Positions 48,592 to 58,900 of a stretch of 64,000 nt of DNA are shown here, one piece after another. The notes below the pieces were generated by a model. The model did no database searches. It worked only from the letters and a program-made list of their open reading frames with translations, and had not been told where the DNA came from. This DNA is from Alphaproteobacteria bacterium. GTDB lineage: Bacteria; Pseudomonadota; Alphaproteobacteria; CALKHQ01. The translations under genes were made by a program, and so were the position numbers. Positions within the stretch are counted from its first letter, which is position 1. Each line of letters opens with the position of its first letter. The stretch is from the NCBI GenBank assembly GCA_965227515.1, contig CBDDFZ010000002.1:1-64000 (forward strand). The letters are read 5' to 3'.

Positions 48592-49563
48592 TCAATAGCC
48601 CATGGTGTCGATGGGACCGGCCACGGCTACCTGCCCTGGCCCGGTCACTCGCGCGTCAACCGTGCGCGAGCTTTGGGTGTTGACGACGCGGATCACATCG
48701 TTCAGCGCGCCGTTTTCCAGTGCCTGGCCTTGCGCGGTGATAACGAGCGCACCGCTGCGGTAGACCATGGTCACCGGTTCGCCGCGCACAACCTGGCGCG
48801 GCGGACGGACATCGTTGTCGCTCAAGGGCTCGCCGGGCCGCAGAGCGACGCGTGCGACGTGGCCGATCACCAGATCGGGCGCCAGCAGCGCGTTCGCCGG
48901 CAGGCGGTCGGCCGCGATCTCCATGAAATCGACGTCTTCGGCCGTGATCAGCTGGTCGCGCGCGATGGAGCGCACCAGCACCGGCACCGTGCTGACCGCG
49001 CGCACCCGGCCGGCCAGCCGCACCGCGATCTCGTGCACGGTCTGCGGGGCGGCGATCAGCAGCGCGCTGAAGCGCTGGCTGCGCACGTCGTAGCGCACGT
49101 CCTCCACCATCAGGTCCGCCGGCACGCCGGTGGGCAGGCGGATGCTGGTGATGCCGCTGTCGAGCTCCAGGCGAAGCTGGCCCTGCGCCAGCGGCAGTTC
49201 GGTGCGCGCCAGCAGCGCGTCGGTCAGGCTGGCGACGATCGTTTCGTAGGTCACATCCTGGGCCGCGCGCAGCACCAGGATGCGGTCGGCGCCGGTGCCC
49301 GGCTGCCAGTCCAGGTCATGCGCCAGCGCGACCCGGTAGAGGAAGTTCGGCCCGATCTCGACCTGCTCGCCGGGGTCCGGTGCGTAGAACACCGGCTCGG
49401 CGGCGGCGTCGCCGGCATCGGCGAACATGTCGCCGACGGTAACCACGTCGCTGTCGACGACCACGGAGGGGCGCAGTTCCGCGCCCTGGGCGGTGCGGTC
49501 GTAGGCCGACAGCCCGCCGACGACGACGAAGAGCGCGACGGCGAAGATCCGATAGAGGTTCAT
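48592..49563 (-). CDS. flgA: Flagellar P-ring formation chaperone
   Basis: Signal peptide; C-terminal GQALENG...IRVVNTQSSR; between flgG and flgH. Confidence 0.9.
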   Translation of the reverse strand: MNLYRIFAVALFVVVGGLSAYDRTAQGAELRPSVVVDSDVVTVGDMFADAGDAAAEPVFYAPDPGEQVEIGPNFLYRVALAHDLDWQPGTGADRILVLRAAQDVTYETIVASLTDALLARTELPLAQGQLRLELDSGITSIRLPTGVPADLMVEDVRYDVRSQRFSALLIAAPQTVHEIAVRLAGRVRAVSTVPVLVRSIARDQLITAEDVDFMEIAADRLPANALLAPDLVIGHVARVALRPGEPLSDNDVRPPRQVVRGEPVTMVYRSGALVITAQGQALENGALNDVIRVVNTQSSRTVDARVTGPGQVAVAGPIDTMGY

Positions 49564-49576
49564 GTCCGTGCTCCCG

Positions 49577-50362
49577 TCAGCGCAGGCGGTTGAGTTGCGA
49601 CAGCATCTCGTCGGATGCCTGGATGACCTTCGAGTTCATCTCGTAGGCGCGCTGGGCGTTGATCAGGCTGGTGATCTCCTGCACCACGTTGACGTTCGAG
49701 GTTTCCAGGAAGCCCTGCAGGATGGTGCCGAACCCGGCGGTGCCCGGGGTGGCGGTGGTGGCCGCGCCCGACGCCGGGGTCTCGGAGAAGAAGTTGTTGC
49801 CGATCGCTTCCAGCCCGCCGTCGTTGGCGAACTTGGCGATCTGGAGCTGGCCGACGTTCTGCGGCGCGACCTGGCCGTCGATGGTCACCAGCACCTCGCC
49901 GCTGGAATTGACGGCGATCGACGTGGCATCGGTCGGCACCACGATGGACGGCTGCACCGGGTAGCCGTCGGCGGTGACGATCTCGCCGGTGGCGCTCAGT
50001 TGCAGCGCGCCGGAGCGGGTGTAGGCGGTCTCGCCGCTGGGCAGCTCGACCTGGAAGTAGCCGTCGCCGGAGATCGCCAGGTCCAGCGGGTTCTCGGTGA
50101 CCGAGATCGCGCCCTGCTCGGACACGCGATAGACCGCCGCGGTGCGTACGCCGAGGCCGATCTGCACGCCGGCCGGCACGATGGTGCCGATGTCCGACGA
50201 CGTTGTGCCGACCGGCTGCTGGTTCTGGTACAGCAGGTCCTGGAACTCCGCCCGCCGCCGCTTGTAGGCGGTGGTGTTCATGTTGGCGATGTTGTTGGAG
50301 ATGATCTCCACGTTGAGCTGCTGCGCCAGCATGCCCGTGGCTGCAATATCTAGTGCGCGCAT
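49577..50362 (-). CDS. flgG: Flagellar distal rod protein
   Basis: SNNIANMNT, FQDLLYQ, LDLAISGDGYF, YTRSG, GFLETSNV. Confidence 0.97.
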   Translation of the reverse strand: MRALDIAATGMLAQQLNVEIISNNIANMNTTAYKRRRAEFQDLLYQNQQPVGTTSSDIGTIVPAGVQIGLGVRTAAVYRVSEQGAISVTENPLDLAISGDGYFQVELPSGETAYTRSGALQLSATGEIVTADGYPVQPSIVVPTDATSIAVNSSGEVLVTIDGQVAPQNVGQLQIAKFANDGGLEAIGNNFFSETPASGAATTATPGTAGFGTILQGFLETSNVNVVQEITSLINAQRAYEMNSKVIQASDEMLSQLNRLR

Positions 50363-50424
50363 GGGTCAGATGCTCCTTCGCGTCTCGGTAATACGGGTTT
50401 CAGCGGTCGCGCTTGGCGGGGTCA

Positions 50425-51159
50425 TCAGCCGGCCCGCGACAGGCGCTGCAGCGCCAGGCGCTGGCGCTCGCTTTCCTGTTCGATCAGGCGCGTGATGCGC
50501 TGGTATTCCTTGCTGACCTCGACCATCCGGGTCATCTCGTGGACCGCGGAGACGTTGGACTGCTCGATCATGCCCTGGGCGACCTCGGGCGCCTCCATCG
50601 GTGTCGCCGCCATGTCGCCGGCGTCGTAGAGGCCGTCACCGGTCCGCTCCAGGCGATGGGTCTCGTCGAACGAGACGATGCCCAGGCGGCCGACGACCGC
50701 GCCGTTGGCCGAGATGGTGCCGTCCGTGGCGATGGAGATGTCGGTGGCCTCGGGGATCACCAGCGGGCCGCCGCCGTTGCCCAGCACCTTGTTGCCCGAG
50801 CTGTCGATCAGCTCGCCGCCGGGCCCGAGCGCGAAGCGGCCGTTGCGCGAGTAGCGCACGCCGTCGGGGGTCTCGACGCTGAAGAAGCCCTCGCCGGAGA
50901 TGCCCACGTCCAGCGGATTGCCGGTGCTGGCCAGCGAGCCTGCGCTGAAGTCGACGTAGGTGCCCAGGGTCTGGTTGAAGGCCACCGGGCCCAGCGGGTC
51001 GTCGATGAAGCCCTCCTGGCCCTCCAGCATCGCCGCGAACAGCAGGCTCTGGGACTTGAAGGCCGGGGTGTTCATGTTGGCGAGGTTGTTCGCCACCGTT
51101 TCCATCTGGGCGCCAAGGGCGATCTGGCGCGATACGGCGACGAGGGATGCATTTTCCAT
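50425..51159 (-). CDS. flgF: Flagellar proximal rod protein
   Basis: ANNLANMNTPAFK, TGNPLDV, YSRNGRF, IEQSNV. Confidence 0.92.
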   Translation of the reverse strand: MENASLVAVSRQIALGAQMETVANNLANMNTPAFKSQSLLFAAMLEGQEGFIDDPLGPVAFNQTLGTYVDFSAGSLASTGNPLDVGISGEGFFSVETPDGVRYSRNGRFALGPGGELIDSSGNKVLGNGGGPLVIPEATDISIATDGTISANGAVVGRLGIVSFDETHRLERTGDGLYDAGDMAATPMEAPEVAQGMIEQSNVSAVHEMTRMVEVSKEYQRITRLIEQESERQRLALQRLSRAG

Positions 51160-51228
51160 GCGTAGGTGGCTCCGGTTCTGGGGCTGAAGGCCGTGTTCTG
51201 GCCGAGCCTCGCGTTCGGCGACACCCTG

Positions 51229-51244
51229 TGCAGTGACCGTGCCA
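51229..51244 (-). promoter_or_regulatory. Sigma54 -24/-12 promoter of flgFGAH
   Basis: Minus strand TGGCACGGTCACTGCA (GG-N10-GC), with an AT-rich tract upstream. Confidence 0.8.
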
Positions 51245-51319
51245 GATAGTTAAAGTTAATGAAAACAACGAGTTAAATTCGAAACGGCTGTCCGGCTAGG
51301 CAGCAAGCGGCATGGCGGT

Positions 51320-51334
51320 CGGCAAGCTTTGCCG
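51320..51334. promoter_or_regulatory. ftr-like enhancer (FlbD-type activator site)
   Basis: Palindrome CGGCAA-GCT-TTGCCG about 75 nt upstream of the sigma54 site. Confidence 0.65.
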
Positions 51335-51358
51335 GGGCAGGGCCGGTCCTTGCCGGGG

Positions 51359-51375
51359 GCAACATCTTCTTAACC
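51359..51375 (+). promoter_or_regulatory. Degenerate CtrA site / class II flagellar promoter of fliL
   Basis: GCAA-N7-TTAACC upstream of fliL. Confidence 0.5.
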
Positions 51376-51442
51376 TCGTTGCGCGTACATTTCGGCCGTC
51401 GATCCGGCCAAAGGCCCGGACACAGGCAATGGATAGCGGGTG

Positions 51443-51991
51443 ATGAGCGACGAGGAAGCCAAAGACGGCGAAGAGGCCCCGAAAAAGAAGAAGATGAGCG
51501 GCAAGAAGCTGATCATGTTTGTCGGCTTGCCCATCATCCTTCTGGTCGGTCTCTATATGTCGGGCATTCTCGATTCCGTCCTCGGCGGTGCCGAGGAGGA
51601 AGGCGAGGAACATGCCGAAGACGGCCATGGCAGCGAGCAGGACGAAGAGGCCCGGCTGGCCGAGCTGGATGCGCACAGCGGCGAGGCGTTCTACTTCGAG
51701 GTGCCGGAGCTGACGGTGAACCTGCGCTCCGACGACCGCCGCGCCGTCTATCTGCAGCTCGAAGTGACCCTGGAGACCCCCAGCGAGCAGGATCTGGCCG
51801 AGGTCGAGCGGTTGATGCCGCGCGTGGTCGACCAGTTCCAGACCCACCTGCGCGAGCTGCACGCCAGCGATATCGAGGGTTCCGCCGCGGTCTACCGGCT
51901 GCGCGAGGAACTGTTGAACCGCGTCAACGACGCCATCGCGCCGGCGCGCATCAGCGATGTGCTGTTTGGCCGCATGCTGGTCCAGGGCTAG
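51443..51991 (+). CDS. fliL: Flagellar basal body-associated protein FliL
   Basis: KKKK plus one TM; PELTVNL, MPRVVDQFQTHLREL, GSAAVYRLREELL. Confidence 0.92.
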   Translation: MSDEEAKDGEEAPKKKKMSGKKLIMFVGLPIILLVGLYMSGILDSVLGGAEEEGEEHAEDGHGSEQDEEARLAELDAHSGEAFYFEVPELTVNLRSDDRRAVYLQLEVTLETPSEQDLAEVERLMPRVVDQFQTHLRELHASDIEGSAAVYRLREELLNRVNDAIAPARISDVLFGRMLVQG

Positions 51992-51999
51992 GAAACACA

Positions 52000-53142
52000 G
52001 TGGCACCACCTCCCGACGAGACTGACGACGCCGTAGATGAAGAGGCCATGGCCGCTGAATGGGCGGCGATGGCGGGCGACGACGACGGAGACGGCGACGA
52101 CGCTGGCGACGACGAGGCGATGGCCGCCGAATGGGCGGCGATGGCCGACGGCGACGGGGATGGCGACGACGGGGACGGGGGCACCGACGAGCGTGTCCTC
52201 GACCAGACCGAAATCGACAGCCTGCTCGGCTTCAACGAGGGCGATGGCGACGGCTCCGGCAACACCGGCGTGCAGGCCATCGTCAACAGCGCGCTGGTCG
52301 CCTATGAGCGGCTGCCGATGCTGGAGGTGGTGTTCGACCGGCTGGTCCGGATGATGACCACCACCATGCGCAATTTCACCTCCGATAATGTGGAGGTGTC
52401 GATCGACACCATCACGTCGATCCGATTCGGCGACTATCTGAATTCGATCCCGCTGCCGGCGATGCTGACCGTGTTCAAGGCCGAGCAATGGGACAACTAC
52501 GGCCTGATGGTGGTCGATTCCGCGCTGATTTATTCCATCGTCGACGTGCTGCTGGGCGGACGGCGCGGCACCGCTGCGATGGCGATCGAGGGCCGGCCCT
52601 ACACCACCATCGAGCGCACGCTGGTCGAGCGCATGGTCAATGTGGTGCTGGAAGACCTGTGCGCGGCGTTCGAGCCGCTGAGCAAGGTCGACTTCGTGTT
52701 CGACCGGCTGGAGACGAACCCGCGCTTCGCCACCATCGCGCGCCCGGCCAACGCGGCCATCCTGGCGCGGATGCGCATCGACATGGAAGACCGCGGCGGG
52801 CGCATGGAGCTGCTGATCCCGTACGCGACACTGGAACCGGTGCGCGAACTGCTGCTGCAGATGTTCATGGGCGAGAAGTTCGGCCGTGACTCGATCTGGG
52901 AAGGCCACCTGGCGTCCGAGCTTTGGGCGACCGAGATCGACCTCCAGGCGGTGCTGGACGAGCAGGTCATGTCGCTGCAGGACGTGATGAACTGGCAGCC
53001 CGGGAGCCAGTTGATGCTGAATGCGACTCCCGACAGCGACATCAAGCTGCGCTTCGGCGAAGTCTCCATGTTCAAGGGCCATATGGGCCGGCGCGGCCGC
53101 AACATCGCCGTGCAGGTCACCGACCGCGCCAAGCAACGGTAG
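52000..53142 (+). CDS. fliM: Flagellar motor switch protein FliM
   Basis: VLDQTEIDSLLG, YERLPMLEVVFDR, IEGRPYT, FMGEKFGRD; GTG start at 52000. Confidence 0.96.
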   Translation: MAPPPDETDDAVDEEAMAAEWAAMAGDDDGDGDDAGDDEAMAAEWAAMADGDGDGDDGDGGTDERVLDQTEIDSLLGFNEGDGDGSGNTGVQAIVNSALVAYERLPMLEVVFDRLVRMMTTTMRNFTSDNVEVSIDTITSIRFGDYLNSIPLPAMLTVFKAEQWDNYGLMVVDSALIYSIVDVLLGGRRGTAAMAIEGRPYTTIERTLVERMVNVVLEDLCAAFEPLSKVDFVFDRLETNPRFATIARPANAAILARMRIDMEDRGGRMELLIPYATLEPVRELLLQMFMGEKFGRDSIWEGHLASELWATEIDLQAVLDEQVMSLQDVMNWQPGSQLMLNATPDSDIKLRFGEVSMFKGHMGRRGRNIAVQVTDRAKQR

Positions 53143-53148
53143 AACGCC

Positions 53149-53670
53149 ATGCAGATTGGACTGATTGCCGACATCATTGTTGCCGCCCTCCTGGTGATGA
53201 CGCTGGTCACCGCGACGGTGCTGTATGTGCGCCTGGGCCGGGTGCGCCGCAGCCGGGCCGATATGGAGGCGACGCTGGCGAGCTTCACCACCCTTGCCGA
53301 ACGCGCCGAGCACAGCCTGAACGCATTCCGCACCATGTCCGAGGAGGCCAACGGCGCCCTGGACCACAATGTGGAGCGCGCGCGCGGCCTGAAGGAGGAA
53401 CTGGAGTTCCTGATCGACAAGGCCGAATCGGTGTCGTCCCGCCTGATGGCGGAGCGCGCGGCGGCCAGCGCCCCGGCGCCCGCCGCACCGCAGCCGACGG
53501 GCCGGCCAGCGCCGCAGCCGTCGTCGTCCGGCGGTCTGATCAAGGCCCTGCGCGGGCGCGGCGGCCACCAGGACGAGCGCGCTGCCGCCCGTTATCCCGA
53601 CGCCCCCGTCCAGCAGCGCCCTTCGGAGGCCGAGCAGGCCCTGCTGAAGGCCCTGCAGGCCGCGCGCTGA
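53149..53670 (+). CDS. DUF6468-like single-TM coiled-coil flagellar-locus protein
   Basis: N-terminal TM, coiled coil, Pro-rich linker, SEAEQALLKAL end; position after fliM. Confidence 0.7.
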   Translation: MQIGLIADIIVAALLVMTLVTATVLYVRLGRVRRSRADMEATLASFTTLAERAEHSLNAFRTMSEEANGALDHNVERARGLKEELEFLIDKAESVSSRLMAERAAASAPAPAAPQPTGRPAPQPSSSGGLIKALRGRGGHQDERAAARYPDAPVQQRPSEAEQALLKALQAAR

Positions 53671-53707
53671 GCCGCAACCGCCGCCACTCTTTTCGAGCAC
53701 TGCCAAC

Positions 53708-54445
53708 ATGAAGCGTCTCCGCCTTCTGCCACTGTTGATCCTTGCCCTGGCCGCCCTGTTGTCGGTCAAGATCGGCGAGATCAGCGAGACCTCCGACGAG
53801 GCCTGGGCGTCGCTTGGCGTGACCGAGGCTCTGGCGGCGGAAGCCGGCCTTGAGCCGGCCGCCGGCGATGCGCCGATGGATGTCGAGCCGATGGCCGGAG
53901 AGGAAGACGAGGCGATGGCGGAGGATGCCATGGCCGAGGAAGGCGGCGGGGATGGGCCGGTGCTGCCGTCGGGCGACCGTCCGTTTGGCCAGGACCATCC
54001 GCTGGGCGCGCGATTCACGCCGGAAGAGCTGGAAGTCCTGCAATCGCTGACCGACCGGCTGCAGGATCTGGAGGCCCGCGAGCAGGCGCTGGATGCGCGC
54101 GAGCGCGAGCTGGCGGTGGCCGAGCAACGGCTCGAGATGCGCCTGGAAGAGTTGCGCGAACTGCGCACGGCGGTTGAAGAGCTGGTCAACGCCTACGACC
54201 AGCAGGAAGAAGAAGAGCTGATGAACCTGGTCGCGATCTACGATGCCATGAAGGCAAAGGACGCGGCGGTCATTCTGGAGCAGCTCGACCTGGAAATCGT
54301 GCTCGCGATCATGATGCGCATGACCGGCTTCAAGAGCGCCACCATCATGGCGGAGATGTCGCCGGCCCGCGCGCAGGAGATCACCGAGGAGATGGCCTAC
54401 CGCATGCAGGCCCGGCCCGAGTTCATGCAGGCTGAGCAGATGTAA
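53708..54445 (+). CDS. motE: MotE family protein
   Basis: RLRLLP signal, coiled coil, LVAIYDAMKAKDAA..I, IMAEMSP. Confidence 0.8.
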   Translation: MKRLRLLPLLILALAALLSVKIGEISETSDEAWASLGVTEALAAEAGLEPAAGDAPMDVEPMAGEEDEAMAEDAMAEEGGGDGPVLPSGDRPFGQDHPLGARFTPEELEVLQSLTDRLQDLEAREQALDARERELAVAEQRLEMRLEELRELRTAVEELVNAYDQQEEEELMNLVAIYDAMKAKDAAVILEQLDLEIVLAIMMRMTGFKSATIMAEMSPARAQEITEEMAYRMQARPEFMQAEQM

Positions 54446-54474
54446 GCGCGCGCCAGCCCTCGCAATTGCGCCGA

Positions 54475-54490
54475 TTAAGCCGGATTTAAC
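54475..54490 (+). promoter_or_regulatory. Full CtrA box upstream of cheY
   Basis: TTAA-GCCGGAT-TTAAC, an exact TTAA-N7-TTAA match. Confidence 0.8.
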
Positions 54491-54547
54491 GCAGCGGCTG
54501 TAGGGTGCCCGCAGTCAAAAATTCCCGACCGAGAAGTGGAGTGCCAA

Positions 54548-54934
54548 ATGGCGGTCGACACCAACATGCCGATCCTGATCGTAGATGATTACAAGACCAT
54601 GCTGCGCATTATCCGCAACTTGCTGAAGCAACTTGGCTTCAACAATGTTGATGAGGCCAGCGACGGTAGTGCTGCCCTGCAGAAGCTGCGCCAGCGTGGC
54701 TACGGGCTGGTGATTTCCGACTGGAACATGGAGCCGATGACCGGCCTTCAGTTGCTGAAGGAAGTCCGCGCCGATGCCAAGCTCAACGATACGCCGTTCA
54801 TCATGATCACGGCGGAGAGCAAGACCGAGAACGTCGTCGCCGCCAAGCAGGCCGGTGTCAGCAACTACATCGTAAAGCCGTTCAACGCAGCGACCCTGAA
54901 GGCGAAGCTGCAGAGCGTGATGGGCCCGTTCTAG
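54548..54934 (+). CDS. cheY: Chemotaxis response regulator CheY
   Basis: ILIVDD, ISDWNMEPMTG, MITAE, YIVKPF. Confidence 0.95.
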   Translation: MAVDTNMPILIVDDYKTMLRIIRNLLKQLGFNNVDEASDGSAALQKLRQRGYGLVISDWNMEPMTGLQLLKEVRADAKLNDTPFIMITAESKTENVVAAKQAGVSNYIVKPFNAATLKAKLQSVMGPF

Positions 54935-55002
54935 CGCGACTGTCCGTGGTGCCCCGCGCACGACGGACAGCATTGCCAGGACGACGGGCAAGGAGACGAC
55001 GC

Positions 55003-55557
55003 ATGGGGGCTGAAGGCGACAAGTCGCGCAACGACGCCGATAGCAAGACAAGGCATGGGAGCAAGTACATGCTGTTGAGCGAACTGCGGTCCCTCGTTGC
55101 GTACATCGAGCGCGCGAAGGTGGAGATCTCCGACCTCCGCCCGAAGACCGAGGACGGCGACCAGCTGTCGATGGCCAGCATCGAGCTGGACGCGGTCGTG
55201 ACTGCGACCGAGGAAGCGACCGAGACCATCATGAGTGCTGCCGAAGTGGTGGACGAGGTTTCGGCGCGGATGGAAGGCGAGGACGGTGAGCGCCTGCAGG
55301 AAGTGGTTGGCCAGATTTTCGAGGCCTGCAGCTTCCAGGACATCACCGGCCAGCGCATTTCCAAGGTGGTCAAGGTGCTGGTGCACGTCGAAGAGCACAT
55401 CGAGAAGCTGCTGAAGATGTTCGGCGCCGAAGAGACGGCGGCGCTGGCTGAATCCCTTGATGCAGCGATCGATGACGACTCCAAACTATTGAATGGCCCT
55501 CAATTGCCGGAGCGGGCCAAGAACCAGGCCGAGATCGACGCATTATTCGGCAGCTGA
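55003..55557 (+). CDS. cheZ: Alphaproteobacterial CheZ-like phosphatase
   Basis: ELDAVVTATEEAT, IFEACSFQDITGQRI, LLNGPQL, QAEIDALF. Confidence 0.9.
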   Translation: MGAEGDKSRNDADSKTRHGSKYMLLSELRSLVAYIERAKVEISDLRPKTEDGDQLSMASIELDAVVTATEEATETIMSAAEVVDEVSARMEGEDGERLQEVVGQIFEACSFQDITGQRISKVVKVLVHVEEHIEKLLKMFGAEETAALAESLDAAIDDDSKLLNGPQLPERAKNQAEIDALFGS

Positions 55558-55910
55558 TCCAGATGCGCGGACTAACGCCGCGTATCTGTGTTTGGAAAGG
55601 CTTGGTCCCGTCGCGCCGACGGTGGTTCCTAAACTGCGATTCAGGAACGAACTTTGCGCTCGCGACACTAGACGTCTTTCGTATTGTCGATTACCAGTGT
55701 TGCTTTGACGGCGGCCCCCGCCGCGTCGCCTGGCGTACCGGCGCCGAAGGTTGCCCCGGTGCCGCATAGCGCCCAGGCCCCGCCCACAGGTGCGGAAGGC
55801 CGGATCGGGGGCAAAGGTGCTGCGGCACGACGTGGGGCGCATTTTCCGGATACGCGCGGCCATTGCGGGCCATCGGCATCGGGCCGGCAGGCGACATTGG
55901 TGAGGTTGCG

Positions 55911-58900
55911 ATGACATCGCATTTCGCGAAGTGGCCAACGTCAACATGCGGTGGTGCCGCCAGGCACCGCATCGCGCGATGGCGCCGCCACGTCGTGGCG
56001 GCGGGGTTCATGGCCGTCGCGCTGACCGTTCCGCTGCTGACAACCGCCCCGGCCCTCGCGCTGGATGTCATCGACGTCGATGCCAGCGTCGGCGACGAGG
56101 GCGGCCGCATGGTCTTCGCCTGGGATGCACCGGTCAGGTTCACCACCACGGTCGACGACCGTCGCCTGCTGATCAGTTTCGACCGGCCGCTTGCCACCAC
56201 GTTCGAAGCCGTGGAAGCGAACCTCGGCGCCTATATCCGCGAGATCGTCATTGGCCCCGACGGGCGGTCGATCCTGGCCCTGCTGGAGCAGCCGGTCTCG
56301 GTGGTCACCGCGACCGACGGCGGCAACGTCATCGTCGACCTGGTGCCGCGCACGCCGCCGGCGCCCGATCCCGCGCCGCCGGTTCCGGATACCGCGGTCG
56401 CCGATGCCGCAGGGTCGCCGCCGCCGGCTTCAAGCGCTGAGGTCGCAGATGCGCCGGTGCGCGTCGATGTGGCCGACGCGGCGCTGAACCCCAATTCCAC
56501 GTCCGCCGATGCGCCGGCTGATCCGACACCCGGTCTGGCGCCGCCGCGGCCGCCGCGCGCCGAGATCGCGCGCCAGCTCGCCCAGGCCGAAGGCGACGCC
56601 CCGATCATCGAGAGCGGCGATGCCGCTGCCGCCGAGACGCCGCCATCCGACGCGCCGCCGCTGTCGGTGCGGTTCGGCATTCATGACGAAGGCAGCTACG
56701 ACCGCATCGTCTTCGACTGGCCGGTCCAGGTGCCGTTCGAGGTCGAGAACGACGACGGCCTGATCACCATCAGCTTCGACCGGCCGGCGCAGGTGAATGC
56801 GGAGCGCCTGTCACGGCGTTTCCCGCCCTGGCTGGCCCTGGTCGGTGTCGACAATCCGGACGGTCGGCTGCAGATGCAGGTCGCGACCAACGCCGGCGCC
56901 ACCGTGCGCGGTTTCTACGTCAACACCAAGGCCGTGTTCGATATTCGCCGCGATCCCGCCGGGCCGCGCGCGGCGGTCGACCCGGATGTCGTGGTCGCCC
57001 GTGCCGAGGGCACGTTGCCGGCACAGCCGCCGACCGACGAGGCTCTGGAGGACGCCACGGCCGAATCGCCCGAGCCAGCCGAGGTCGCGGTCGCCGAACC
57101 GCCGGCGCTTCCGCCGGTGCCGCCGGACAGTCGCGCGAGCCAGGTAACGGACGAAGGCCTGGAACCCGCAGACGTGCCTGAAGTCGACGTACCCGAAGTC
57201 GACGTGCCTGATGTCGAGGTTGAGGTCGCGTCTGGCGACGAGATGGATCCTTCTGCCGGCGCGGACCCCATGGAGGTCGCCACCGACGAGCCTGTTGCCG
57301 ACGAGCCTGTTACTGATGAGCAGGCAGTGCAGCACCAGGATGTGGCGGACGCGGCCGCCGATCCGGCGCATGACGACGAGGCGGTCGCCGCCCTTGATGA
57401 GGATGCGGCCCACGACGAGGACATGACCCACGACGAGGATGGGGGCCCCGTCGAGGACGCGACCCACGACGAGGATATGGCGCACGACGACGGCGCCATG
57501 GTTGTCGCCGATGACGGACATGACGACGCCACGCCAGAGGTCGTCACCGACAATGCGGTCGACGATGCCGCCGCCGCGGTCGCGGCGGTGGAGGACGCAC
57601 TGGAGGTGATGGAAGCCGTCGACCCGGTGCTGTCCGAGCTTGTCGAGGACGATCATCCGGCCGGCGATCATGGCGATGTCGCCGCGTCTGACCCCCATGA
57701 GACTGACCCCCATGAGGGCGACCAGCAAGAAGCCGATGCCCACATGGATGGCCCCGGGGACGTCCATGGGGATGATCCTGGCGACGGTCATGACGCGCCC
57801 CCGGTTGGCGATCACGATGCCGCCGCCGACGAACCGGTCGAGATGGCGGCTCTCGACGCCGATATGGATGCCACCGCCGACCAGGGCGACATGGCCGCCG
57901 ATGCGGATGGCCCCGACGCGCATGGGGATGTGGATGTCGTCAACCCGCAGGCGCCGCCCGCCGACCTTACCATCGACGCGATTGGCGGCGACGAGCAGAT
58001 GGTGCTGCGTCTGCGCTGGTCGCAGCCGGTCCATGGCGCGGTGTTCGCGCGCGCCGGCTGGTTGTGGATGGTGTTCGATCACGATGTGAACCCGGACCTC
58101 TCCAGCCTTGAGATCCAGGCCGGCGGCATCGTCGGCCCGCCGGTCCTGGAGCACCTGCCGGACGCCACCATCCTGCGCATGACCCTGGACGGCGATGTCG
58201 CGCCCCGGGTGCGCGCGGCCAACGACACCTGGTTCGTGCAATTGCGCCCCGGCGCGGCGGAGCCGGAAAGCGTGATACCGCTCAACCGTATCGACGATCC
58301 GGTCATGGGGCCGGCCATCAGCTTCGATGTCGCGGGCGGCGGTCCGCTGCTGATGATCGAGGATCCGAATGTCGGCGACACGTTGGCCGTGGTCCCGGTC
58401 GGCCAGCCCGGCTATGGGCGCCCGGCGCCGGCCCAGTTCATCGAGTTCCGCGTGCTGGCAACCGCGCAGGGGCTGGCGGTCGAGCGGGTGGACGATGCGG
58501 TGACGCTGCTGCTGCATGACGGCGCGGCCCAGATCGTCTCGCCGGTCGGCCTCAACCTGTCGTCGGCGGTGTTCGACGACCATGGCGCCGCGAACCATGA
58601 CGCGGTGCGCGATCCCGGGCATGCCAACGACCACGATGCGCCCCAGGTTGTGGACCACGATGCGGACTACGACGCGGGCCATGATGAGGGTCACCCGGAC
58701 GACCTCGCGGCGGCGGACGATGCCGCGCATCATCCCGATGCCGCCGACGCCCATGGCGCCCCTGACACCGAAGCCCACACCGACGGCCATGCCGAAGTCG
58801 CGAACGATCACGGCGCACCGGCCGCTCATGACGACCAAGCCGGCGACCATGGCAACAATCTCTCGGACAATCACGGCGCGCCGAACGACGCCGGCGCCCA

